From: Octopus sinensis
Taxonomy: Eukaryota
Reading direction: 5' to 3'
Assembly: GCF_006345805.1 (NCBI RefSeq)
Contig: NC_043001.1
Location: forward strand, 65,844,001-65,908,000
DNA: 64,000 bases
Shown: in pieces, positions 37,883 to 50,400 of the stretch
Numbering within the stretch: the first letter of the stretch is position 1
How the letters are laid out: each line of letters starts with the position of its first letter
The notes under the pieces: model-generated
Databases searched by the model: none
What the model was told of the DNA's origin: nothing
The model's input: only the letters and a program-made list of their open reading frames with translations
Program-made: the position numbers and the translations under genes

Positions 37883-38020
37883 GATGCAGTACCAGGATGC
37901 CCTGATGCGGTACCAGGATGCCCTGATGCGGTACCAGGATGCCCTGATGCAGTACCAGGATGCCCTGATGCATTACCAGAATGCCCTTATGCAGTACCAG
38001 GATGCCCTGATGCAGTACCA
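37883..38020. repeat. 21-bp minisatellite (GATGCAGTACCAGGATGCCCT), ~6.5 copies
   Basis: Direct reading; degenerate copies also at 38195-38280. Confidence 0.95.
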
Positions 38021-38132
38021 TGTGGCACCCTAGGCATAACACCAACATGAACTTCCAGCTTATTGTCTCTTGGGGTCTCTGGGTGAGACTTGGAGCCAAC
38101 TTGTACAAATGTAAAGCAAAAGTCAAACATCA

Positions 38133-38195
<63 letters not shown>

Positions 38196-38869
38196 TGCCC
38201 TGATGCAGTATAATATCTGCCCTGATGCAGTACCAGACTGTCCTGATGCAGTACCAATAACTGCCCAGATGCAGTACCAGACAGTGGCTCTCATGGCTTC
38301 TGATCTTAACCGATTGGAAATGTTATCATGTACATTGTTTTGTCTTGGTATAAAAGATGGTCTACATCAAATATTCTGCTCAATACCACAGATTTGCTTG
38401 TCAGTTGTTTGACCATAACCTGTTGAGCATGTCCCTTAGTGGCTGACGATATGTGCATCTCTGATCATTAGCAGAAGTAGTGGGGGAGTATCATAGCCGT
38501 GTGTTGAAAGGAATTCTTAGAGATTTGGATAATTCACCTTTGGAAATATGGGTGGTTCGTTCAACATCCTTACATAATCTTTATTCAGGGACCTTTTGAG
38601 CGGGATGGGCTACTCGATCAGAAGAAAATTCTAACTGGTCCCCACCTGCCAGGTCATGTGGTGTTTATCTTGATATGAGATCACCATGTCGCGCACATAT
38701 GGTTGTGATGCATGTGCCTGGTGTACCCTTATCAGACGGGTAGTCATGATCGGTATACTGGGCTTCGTATAATTTACCCCAGTGTCACTTTGATGGCATG
38801 CACTGCTCCCTCACTAGTAATAATAATAATAATAATGATAATAATAATATAATAATAATAATAATAATA

Positions 38870-38911
<42 letters not shown>

Positions 38912-38920
38912 TGATGATGA
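38021..38920 (+). mobile_element. Two non-coding retroelement 3'-UTR-like segments, each ending in (TAA)n
   Basis: 38021-38132 and 38270-38817 each end directly in long (TAA)n tracts, as expected for TAA-targeting R4/Dong-type elements. Confidence 0.5.
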
Positions 38921-39075
38921 ATACCATAACGAATAGAAAGCAGCATGGACGTGTGACAGCGAGCTGCCCGGAAGATTAGAATAAATCTGAAACCATCACG
39001 TACCAGGAATGAAGAATCAACAAGAACAATGAAAGGAAACTATGTTTTAATGTAAGCCATCTCAGGAAACTATAT

Positions 39076-39132
<57 letters not shown>

Positions 39133-39223
39133 CAAAGTTAATCCAAACATGAAAACACAAAGAGAAAACACAACAACGCGTGGACGTGGAACAAGTATAG
39201 TATTATTGAAAGAAAGAAGGAAG

Positions 39224-39258
39224 GTTTAACGTTTCGAGCGGAGCTCTTCGTCAGAAAC
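39224..39258 (-). ncRNA. Canonical minimal (dimer-type) hammerhead ribozyme
   Basis: Minus strand reads GTTT-CTGACGA-A-GAGC(TCC)GCTC-GAAA-CGTT-AAAC. Stems I and II are perfect. It sits in a ~195-bp (TA)n-flanked unit, 39135-39330. Confidence 0.88.
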
Positions 39259-39353
39259 ATAGGAAATGGAAAGATCTAAAGAAGGGAAGACGGAGGAAAA
39301 AAAATCGCCAACGGTACACACGCGGTCATATATATATATACAAAAAAACTTAC

Positions 39354-39425
39354 CTCAGATACGCCGCCACAACAACACGTGTGTGAAAATGTAAACACAT
39401 AGCTTGCAATATTTCTATACGAAAA
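39354..39425 (-). other. Candidate 72-nt host exon
   Basis: Minus strand: CTACTCAC branch-like site, TTTGCAG acceptor, 72 nt open in two frames, GAG|GTAAGT donor. Confidence 0.35.
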
Positions 39426-39521
39426 CTGCAAATTTGTGAGTAGAATATTTAATTTAATATTTTAATTACATATACATCCATATTCATACAAGAGCTCAAT
39501 CTCTCTCCATCTCCCTCTCTC

Positions 39522-39620
<99 letters not shown>

Positions 39621-40319
39621 TGCTGTCTCTTCTCGGTTTCTCGCTTACACATCCATAATAATTATGAATACTAAAGAAACATCAACGCGTCGATGAGCAT
39701 AAAAACGAAGCGTGGTCAGCGGCCACTGGTAGTAGTAAACACACTTGACCTCTGCCGAGCGGAAGGGGTGCGAAGATCCTTTTGTCTCTATGGCTTACCT
39801 CTCCACCATCTGCCGAAACTATTTATAGACCTATAGAATATATGATCTATTCACCAATCTGATGCACAACTACAATAGTAGTGGTGGTGATGGTGATAAT
39901 GAACAATAAATAAATAAAAACATATTGATAATATGCTGCAGCTGCTGATACTAAATACTACTAATACTACAATACTACTACTACTATTATGATAGCACAA
40001 GAATCTGTGCCCCAACTATCAACCTTACCACTATATCACCCCTTCTACTGTTGCTGTTGCTGCAACCACTACTACTACTACACATAAAAACAATAATACC
40101 AGTGATATCAGTGATGATGATGATAATAATAATGAAAGGAAACGGGTGGAGCCTCCTCCTTATCATGGGTTGATTAATGATACATCTAATGATGGAGTTA
40201 CAATAAAAACACTGGTAATTGCGCAACCTGATAATCGCTGCCTCATATGAGTGACAATGAAAAATCAAAATATTGTGAATAACGGTGGTAATGAAACTGA
40301 AGCCAATGATGGTGACAGT

Positions 40320-41190
40320 GTTACACCCGGTAGGCTCAGAGATTCTAGTCCGGCTCCAGAAAGGGACCACCACACGGCGTAGATGGAGCAAACAAATTAA
40401 TGCGGTGGTCATGGAGTGTTACTACCTGAGCAACCCGGTAGATTAAAATGGTACTCAAATTAGGGGTTGCCGACAACGTATGTATGATCATTGGAGAGAA
40501 AATGGATTGTTTCAACTCACGGAACAAAGACTATGTGATCAAGCTAGAGCAATAAGAAAAAACTGTTGGTTCACAGAAGTAGAACTCGGAGCTATCAATA
40601 GATGGGTCATGGACAATAGCAGCATAGATAAGAATGAAAATACAATTCTTACTAATAAGAGTAATCTCATAGTACAGGAAAAGAGCAGTGGTAGTTTACT
40701 TGATGAGAGACGACATATAGATGATCTGAAAGAAGACGATAAAACTAATAACGACATGACAGATAGACAAAAGGCAATCTACGACAGAATAAAGGTAAGA
40801 CTACAGGAGAACGATAGCGACATTATTTGCAACCTTAAAAAGATTAATCGCTGGAAATTGAACCAAGAAACGAAAAATGTCAATGAAATTCTGAAATACA
40901 TCAGAAGGCAGCAAATATTGTTGTAGCAGAAAATGTGGGTGTCAATGTCAAGAAAAAGAAACATAATGGGTGTGACAAAAGAAAAGATCCATGGTGGAAA
41001 AGAAGAATCCAGGCAGGGTTAGACATGCTCTCCAAGGAAATCCCTGTGTTAGATCGAAAAGAGAAAGAGGAGCTTAAAAGCGAAACAAAAATACAGGGCG
41101 CTGAAAAGGAAGTATAATATTGAAAGAAAGGACCTGAAAGTGATAATGGAGGAACTGAAACAGCATCTCGTTGCAAAGAAAGCAAAGATG
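40320..41190 (+). mobile_element. R4/Dong-clade element, 5' (N-terminal) part
   Basis: RRWSKQINAVVMECYYLSNP...RQRMYDHW...TEQRLCDQARAIRKNCWFTEVEL; PWWKRRIQ. Confidence 0.8.
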
Positions 41191-42045
41191 GTAAGACAAT
41201 TACATCAATAGTTCTTGAATTGAAGTTATTTTATTAATATGAGAATGGAAAGCATGAAAAGAGAAAAGAAACTTGAAAGCGTAGAAAGAAAGCGAAGTTG
41301 ATATATTGTTGTAGACGTTGTTGTTGCTGTTATTGTTGCTGTTGCTGTTGTTGTTGATGTTAGCGTTACTGTTGTCGTTAACATTGTAGTTGTTTTTGCT
41401 GCTGTTATTGTTGTTGTTCTTGTCCTTGGTGTTGTTTAGCCTTCAGACATTCCTGATTTTGTCAGGAATGGGTCATCTCTGGCTGCACTATCCAAGATGC
41501 CCTCCATGTTTTAAATATACCTAAGGATGTAACTTGAAAGCGATTTGGCTATTATTTCAAGCAGATCAGGTGGCTACATAGAGTCATTATCCTGTCGAGA
41601 AAGAAGATTGAGAGAGAAAGGGGAGGAGAGAGGAGAAGAGAGAAGAGAAGAAGAGACGGGGATGGAGAGCAGAAGAGAGAGAAAAATAGAGAAAGAAAGA
41701 CGAGGAGAAATGTCGATCAAAAGATAAAGTGATGGCAACAAAGACGAAATTGACAATTCAGCCAGTTGTCAAGAGAGACTTATGCCATTATAGAGTAGTG
41801 ATGAATTGACATAACTCGTAGGAGGACGCCAATTTCATTCTGTGTACAGATTACAAGTTTCCAAGATTAATTCTATGATTAATTGTTCTTTTTACCTATT
41901 TTCTATGGCGTTTTGTTGCTGGGAGTAGTCAGTATTTTTTTTTAATTATTGTTCTGTAGTGGGAGATAACATTTGTCTCTGTATTCTTACGTTTGTTTGT
42001 CGGTCTGTGTGCGTGTGTGTATGTATTTTATGTGTATATATATTT

Positions 42046-42104
<59 letters not shown>

Positions 42105-42879
42105 CATTTGCATATACGTACACACACACACAACACACAGAAAGAGAGAGAGAGGGAGAGAGAAATAAGCGAATTGTTTATATCGTGCCAGTAATGCAAT
42201 GTAGTAACCTGGGTTCGCAATACTTTATACTCAATAACACAAGATTAAATATCTCTATATATCTTTCCGAGAACTTTTACAAATATATCTACACATACGC
42301 ACACAGGACCACTCACATACGCACACAGGACCACTCACACACACACACGCCTACACACACATACATACACAAGTACACACACTCACACACATATGCACAT
42401 ATATGTACGTATACATACATATACAGGTATGTATAATTTACATAATATTATAAATTTAGTCTCATAACATCCAAGCCTTCCAAGTGTGTAAAGGTAAATT
42501 AACAGTAATCGGACATGGATAAATGGAAGAATATTGCTAAGGCTCTTTATTACAGGCGGATTGAAACTATCATAGCCGGTTAATATGTCTTAGATATGTA
42601 GTCAAAAAGAAAGAAATAAATAACTGGTACAAAATTCATGGCTGAAAAATATAGAAACGAAAGATGCAGTCAAACTAATCATTTGGTTGTATATTTTCTA
42701 TTCAAAAGTTTCGTTTCAGTTTTTTACAACACCTCTAACACCCATAAACAGGATGCGGTGATTTTAGGCCTCCGGGAATAAAAAGCCCAAGCTTTAATTC
42801 TTGTGAAAGAAGCAGCATAAATCTATTCAGGCCATATTTTTTTTTATCCTGACATGCCACAGCATGTGTATATAATTCT

Positions 42880-43112
42880 TATTTCTTTACTACCCACAAG
42901 GGACTAAACATAGATGGGACAAACAAGGATAGGCAAAGGGATTAAGTCGATTACATCGACCCCAGTGCGTAACTGGTAATTGATTTATTGACCTTGAAAG
43001 GATCAAAGGCAAAATCGACCTCGGCGGAATTTGAACTCAGAACGTAGCGGCAGACGAAATACTGCTAAGCATTTCGCCCGGCGTGCTAACGATTCTGCCA
43101 GCTCACTGCCTT
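42880..43112 (-). mobile_element. tRNA-headed SINE family D
   Basis: Minus-strand head AAGGCAGTGAGCTGGCAGAATCGTTAGCACGCCGGGCGAAATGCTTAGC...GAGTTCAAATTCCGCCGAGGTCGA; copies at 57495-57935. Confidence 0.88.
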
Positions 43113-43189
43113 AATATAATTAAGTGCATATAATTCTGTGTGGGAGTATGAGTATGTGTGTGTGCATGCAAGCGGTTGCATGTATGTTT

Positions 43190-43434
43190 GCGTGTATGAG
43201 TTCATTTTAGAAAAACGTGTAAGGAGTCGATATCCTTCACCATCATCATTACAAGAAGTGGAGACTGTTTTATCTGCGGAATGGACAAAAATTCCTTTGG
43301 AAACATTCAAACTTTGTACGAGTCCATAGCTTGTAGAATGCAAGCTGTAATTACTGCCAAAGGCGGTCCTACTCCATATTAAAATGAATTTGTTTGAAAT
43401 TTTAAGGTGTTTCCATTATTTTGTTCAACCCCTG
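43190..43434 (+). mobile_element. Tc1 transposon 3' end
   Basis: ILEKRVRSRYPSPSSLQEVETVLSAEWTKIP...AKGGPTPY*; TIR ending CAACCCCTG|TA. Confidence 0.85.
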
Positions 43435-43492
43435 TATGTATACATATTAGTACATGCATATCAATACATACGTATGTGTATGTATGTACGTA

Positions 43493-43551
<59 letters not shown>

Positions 43552-44657
43552 TATATATATATCGTAACTTACCTTAGTTTATATCATATTGCTCCACTAA
43601 TCACACCCCGATATATATTAATTTGTATAGACATGCGTGAGTGTTTACATAATACAGTATAGGATATAGTTTATTATAGACCGTAATACACTGCCATACT
43701 GTTTTGTAGTGTTATATGGCATGGTACTGAATATGTCTTATAACACTGCCTAGAGAGCAAACAGTAAACGCTCTAAATTTAAACTCTGGAGTCCAAAACA
43801 CTTTTGACGACGAGTATTTCCTACTTAGATTTCTAATCCACTTAACAGAATCTTGTCTCCTCCACGGTGGTTCACTGCAATCATAAAGCATGAAAAACAG
43901 GCGTAAGAGGAGAAAACATTTAACGAAATACATGCCAGGGGTTATTTTAAATAAATATTTTAAATAATTGCCAGGAGTTATTTTAAAACTAAACAACAAC
44001 CTAAGTTTGAATAAAGAATTATATTTGGCAAACTAATTGTATTTCGAATACACATGTAATGAGATGTGAAATTCGCTGCTGTTGCACTATTTGAAACGGA
44101 CAATGTTGCCATGTTTACACAGGCGCAAGTGCACGCACGCACACACACGCACGCACGCGCGCATTGCACGGATACAGTATACAAACACACAAACACAAAC
44201 ATACATTCCTATATGCATAAAAGCACTTTCCCCACACGCACACATGTATATATTATATATATATATGTATACACACACATATATATACATACATACACAC
44301 ACACATATAAAGAGGATAAGACCATTATTTAAAATAACGTTCGTATCAAATGGCCAGCATGGAGAAACTATACAGGTAATAGTTATTACATATATATAAT
44401 AATATAATCATAATTATTATTAAGGGTACCGAAGAGGCACCAGCATGCCAGAAACAGCAGTTAAAACTGACTATAAAACCACATCATGCATTCATATAGC
44501 ACAGGCGAAAAAATAAATGAATAAAGAAATTAGCAAAACTTTAATGGTTCACCCCAGATTGACGACTTCTGAATCAGTAATAAAATATTTTGCCTTCCTC
44601 AGTGGAAATACATAAACATTAGTACATAATTACAAATATATGTAAGTATTCGTATGT

Positions 44658-44694
<37 letters not shown>

Positions 44695-44696
<2 letters not shown>

Positions 44697-44973
44697 CACA
44701 AAGTAAGTTAGGGGTTATAGGTGTAACCCACTAAGGGATAGTATTTATCCAATATACTGTTGGTAAAGTACCCAGATTCTTAATACATAAATGTTTTTAA
44801 TAGCAATGCAATTAACTCATTTATTGTATTAAACGGGTGAAGGTAAAGAAATATTTTACCGTTAATTTATAATACAAATAAGAAAATGGAGAAACAAATT
44901 TAGTTTGTTCATCAACTTTCGGATATTAGAATGTTGGATTATTTATTCATTTAACAAAATGAGAACCTTAATA

Positions 44974-45016
<43 letters not shown>

Positions 45017-45299
45017 ATATAACACAAAGTAAGTTAGGGGTTATAGGTGTAACCCACTAAGGGATAGTATTTATCCAATATACTGTTGGTAAAGTACCCA
45101 GATTCTTAATACATAAATGTTTTTAATAGCAATGCAATTAACTCATTTATTGTATTAAACGGGTGAAGGTAAAGAAATATTTTACCGTTAATTTATAATA
45201 CAAATAAGAAAATGGAGAAACAAATTTAGTTTGTTCATCAACTTTCGGATATTAGAATGTTGGATTATTTATTCATTTAACAAAATGAGAACCTTAATA

Positions 45300-45301
<2 letters not shown>
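44695..45301. repeat. Direct duplication of a 281-bp unit separated and flanked by (TA)n
   Basis: 44695-44975 and 45021-45301 read as identical. Confidence 0.95.
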
Positions 45302-45341
<40 letters not shown>

Positions 45342-45415
45342 TATAATTCAATACATATAAGATAAGAATACAAATGATAAAAATCATATAAATTATTGAA
45401 ATCATTAAAATCACT

Positions 45416-45547
45416 TCTTCCAGCTGTTTCAGCCTATGGTTAAAAGTAGTTATTTTAATTTTTATTGCCTATAGTTGTCAACATATTGAGGTTATAGGCA
45501 TTTAAAAATAGGGTACTTATATATATAACCATAGACCTCGTCAGATG
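45416..45547 (-). ncRNA. Hammerhead motif with very long stem II, cleavage triplet mutated
   Basis: Minus strand reads CTGACGA-GGTCTATGGTTA...TGCCTATA...TATAGGCA...TAACCATAGGCT-GAAAC-AGCT-GGA-AGA. Confidence 0.7.
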
Positions 45548-45835
45548 TTATAAGGAACTTTAAAAATATTAATATTAATACATTAAACATGATACACGTA
45601 TTATTTAATATATATTAAAAATATGAACAAATATCCATATAGACATATACATATACATATATACACATATACATACATTAGTAGAATGTATATACTTTTA
45701 CGTGTGTAAAATACATAAATAAATACAATTAAACAATAGGTCCAAGTAAGTATACCATTCGTCATATACATATATATACATATATACTGGAACATATAAA
45801 CACGTCTATGCTTAAGACCACATAAATAATAATCA

Positions 45836-45917
<82 letters not shown>

Positions 45918-46514
45918 TTAAAATTATACTTATATTTGTATTTTTATCCATCTAAATAATATAGTATCGTAGAATAATTCAACAAATTTTTTTTCAAAAA
46001 ATAAAGCTTTTGATGATGTATGATAGATAAGCTATAATAGCTATGCTTTATGTTATATTAATATTTTAGAGTTTCAAAATTATTGGGGGTTAGGGAGCGA
46101 TTATATTAAACCATAACCTATTTCTAATTGGCTAATACATTTGAATTTATACGCTTGATCTGTTGTTAGATAGTAGAAGGTCTAATTATTAAGTAAATAA
46201 ATCGTGTTAGTCTCTCGTATTAACAATGTATATCTTTAAATTAACTTTTAGATATTAAACGTAAACAAAGAGTTCCTATAATAATCAATACAATTGTAAG
46301 TTAAGGCATGAATAGATATTTACAAAAATAACCATATAAAACTCCGATCATATTTTATACAATCATAATGTATGCATACATACACACGTACCTATGCATA
46401 CGTAAACAAATACACATACGTCACACATCATAAACATACATCCGTTGAAATATACAAATATATACGTATATACCCACTCACATATACACAAACATACATG
46501 CACCCACATGTATC

Positions 46515-47410
46515 CACATACTCTCACAGAACGGAATATATAATAATCAGATGGGGCAATGTCCGGCAAATATGGTGGGTGGGCATCGTTTCCCCTCAAA
46601 CTCCTCCAGCCTTTAGAATGTCATTCTCGCTGTATGTGGCGGAGAATTATCCTAATGGAAGAACACCTTTCGTCTTGGAACAAAAGATAGTCGTTTTTCT
46701 TCTAGCGCTGACTTATGCCGCTCACGCTGTTCGCATATCTCCTTTGTTACCGTTTGATTTGGGTTTAAACGTTCAAAGTGGATTAAAGCTTTCGTATCCC
46801 GCCAAACAGATAACAACACCTTATGTGGGTGAAGATCTTCTTTAACTTAATGTGCCGGTGTTTCTTTTTCCCTAGAGAGAACCAATTTCTTGTCACCAGT
46901 CACTATTCGGTCAAAAATGGTTTGATCGTGAGACGTGACATCAAAGAAAAGCACACATTCGCTCTCTGCGCGCGATTAGATTCGGAAAGTTTGTGAAGAA
47001 CCCATTGACCTAATTTGATGATTTTTCAGATGACATACATGTATCGATGAATGGCTGAATTACAAAATTCAATTTTCTCAGCTAGTTCATCAACAGGTAC
47101 GGTGAGATTTTCTTCCACCAGGGTTTGCTGATCTTTCAGGACGAGGTTCGTCTTCAAGGCTGTATTTTCCGACTCAGAATTTCTGGAACCACAGTTGACA
47201 CTGACGTACGCTTCTTGTCCCATTCCCATATAATGCATTAATATTCTCGCACTTTCAATTGCGCTGTTGCCTTTATTGAACTCATAAAGCAACACATGCT
47301 GAATATGCTCCTTTGTCACTTCCATTTTTTTGAAGCCTCAAGGGCCAAACATAGAGTGTACAATACAAATTGAAGCGTATGGAAATACGTAGAAATGAAC
47401 AATTAAAAAT
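46515..47410 (-). mobile_element. Mariner transposase remnant
   Basis: MEVTKEHIQHVLLYEFNKGNSA (HTH) and HPPYLPDIAPSDYYIFRS (YSPDLAPSD motif); many frameshifts. Confidence 0.9.
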
Positions 47411-47429
47411 ATATGATAATAAAATGAAT

Positions 47430-50400
47430 GAAAAAGAAACAATACAACTATACAAGGAAGTGGGGGGATGGGTACGACTCCACATGACACGTTCCTCCAC
47501 TGGACCTTTTTATGGTTTACATTCACGCAGGACCTTTCATTCCCAAGATGTATACCACTTGCTTCCATCTTTTACCATACGTATCCGATGACAAGCACCT
47601 CTTCTCTAGCCTTATTTTCCTTCATAGAAGGAAAACAAAGAAGTTTACCAATCTTTGGCCAGAGATGAAGATACCAGACACCAATCCTTTCATTCGTGTC
47701 CTCCAGATAGCTTCTTTCACTATAGCAACCACTACCTTCTCTGTTCAGAGAGTGGATGGCGGAACAATATTTATGACTGACTCAGACAACAGCTGTAATC
47801 TTCCCAGACGTGACAGCAATTATTAGGCATAAACCCACACCTCTGCAATTCCCGAACACTGCATAAATGCGTGCGGAAAAGTTTCACTGTCCGGCCCACA
47901 TCTTGGGTAGGTGGATGAGCATGTGACACCATGCCTTGCGAGTTTATCGTGAAGTGGTAAGGCTAGGGACCTCTGGAACATGCTGGCTAGTTGACCATTG
48001 TCAAAGCCCAGAGTTTCTTCCAGTGTGTCATCACACTTGGTCTCTACCAACCCTCTATAGAATGACGAGGTCGAACCCACGCTACCAGCATTACCCGCGC
48101 GGCAGAGGAGCACAAGGACCTTACGACACTCGGCCTGCCAAGCACCCAACTTTGGTCTACGTTTGATTCATAATTCTAGTTCACTAAAACTAGTGAACCT
48201 AGGCAGCATCAGTTTAACGAACACACCCGTTCACCATTCAGGTAAAGCCAAAGATACTTTAGTCTCAGCGCGTGCTTGCACATTATCAGCCAAAGCATCT
48301 CTAGCCCACCTTTTAGCGGTTGTTGGCAACAGATAGAGCGCCTTACAAGATGTCCTTTGGCCTTCCATAAGAAGCGGAAGAGCAATCGTCCCAACTTGCT
48401 TAGCCACGAATCGGGGCCAGGCACTACGGTTAGGCGGTAGGTGATCACAGATGCGATAAACACATTTGCGACCTTCGCCCTCCCTTTCAGAGTTAGTCCA
48501 CCCACGACCCGTGCCAATCTTTTTGCTAATACCTTGGCTAAAATCTTTAACTCTGCGATAAACAGAGTAATGGGCCGAAAGTAATTTACTAGATCCCCTT
48601 TGTCTGGGTCCTTTATTAGCAGTCGTCACCACTCCCAGGGTTACAGATTTGGGTATGAACCCGTTCTGCTGCCAGTTGGTGAACACGCAAGCCAGCAAGT
48701 GCCCAAACAATTCTGGCATGCTATAATAAAATTCGTAGAGAAGACCATCCAGTCCTGGTGACCTGTCCACACGACAGTCCGACAAGGCATCGTCTACTTC
48801 CGCTGCTGTGATCGGCTTTTCACAGCATTCCGCTTCCCGCCCCGAGAGATGCGGCAAACCGGCGAGGAAGTCCGTAGGGTCTATCCTGCGCTCCGGTCCA
48901 CCGCCCCTCCCGAAAAGCTGGGCGAAATGCTCGTAAAAAACTTGCACATCTCGAGTTTGTTTACCAACTGCATATGTTGATTCGTCGTAGACCTTATTGT
49001 GGCAGCATTCTCCTTTTAAGCCTCTACCACACGGGCCCATCTCCCTGCATTGAACCCCTCTCGTTTCATTGCACAAAGCTTAGCTCTGACAATGCACTCC
49101 TCGTATTTAGACTCGAGGTGTTATTTGGGCGCCAATTCGCGGCCAAAACTTGGGATGCACTGCCATTTTTCAATGCCTCTTCTAGGGCCTTAACTAAGTC
49201 CCTTTCTACTCTATTCTTCTTAGTTGCTAATTCTTTACTAAATCTAATTGACTCAAACTTGATGGCTCTTTTGAGGGCACGCCAGCATTTGTTAATAATG
49301 GCGCCTGTCAGTGACTAATCTGGTTCCTGTACTCCTTACAGGTCAAAATAGACCTGTTGGGTTTCCAGTAGCCGAGTCCTTGTCTGTATATCCTATCTAA
49401 GACAAGCGTGTGATCGCTGTTGCTGACATAATGGAACTACGGAGCTGTATTATTACCCTTACGTCTAACTATAATTCTTATCTAGAAGGATTATAAGATC
49501 TAGAAGACCCATCGATCGTTCGTCCATGTCCACACTGGAGCTCCAGAAATTCTAGTCTATACTGATCTGCTAGCTGAAAGCGACTGAGCAGATCGGTGAA
49601 GCATGGGTTACTCCCTTGTATTTGGATTCGAGCCAACACAATCCACGCCTGCATCGCAGATTGTGTTAAAGTCACCTAATAATACTAAAGTATGAGACGT
49701 GCTTAGGAAATTTTCTAGGCTTCTGAAATAGTCAGACTGTCTAGTCCCGTAGAGGACGTAGACACCTACCAGCCTGAGAGTCTTACCACTGCTGATCGTC
49801 ACATCAAGAACGACCAGCCTGCCTTCCGGGTCAATAAAGATTGTTCTAGTCTCGAAAGCCAGATTTTTTACTGAGTAGAATCGCAACACCACTCCTTCCC
49901 CTTGGTTGGCATGGAGAAATAAATTTCTCGCAGCCGTTCAGGAAGAGGAAAAAAGCCCCCAATCTACCCAGTCTGGTTTCCGTGGCCACTATCACATCTT
50001 GTCTATGTGACCTGAAGTCATTAAGGAAGCGACCTTGCTTCCAGTCTGACATAGATTTCTAGGCCACGTACATTTAAACAGCTTACAGTGAGTGTATAAA
50101 TAAAAAGTCTTTCCTTTATTAGAGAAGGGATTATAATCCCTTCTCAGTCTTGTCCGTGTCTTGCGGGGATTCTTTGGTTAAGCCCTCGTACATGGACGTT
50201 TAAAAGTCCTTTCTGAGAGGGCTTATGTCGCGGGGGAAAGCGGGATTATAATATATTATAATTTATCCTATCTATGCAATAAATTTGGATTCCCTCTGGT
50301 AGGATGTTGAAATGTTCTTTGTAAAGTTCTGCAATCGGTATGTCTTGGAGTTCATCTGCTAAGAATTCATTCTTGGCATTTATTGCCACTAAATTGAACT

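Noticed and set aside
37883-38020. Regular 21-bp repeat as a CRISPR array or coding repeat (MQYQDAL)n
   Set aside because: No spacers, no cas genes and a eukaryotic context; it is embedded in (TAA)n, so it is a minisatellite.
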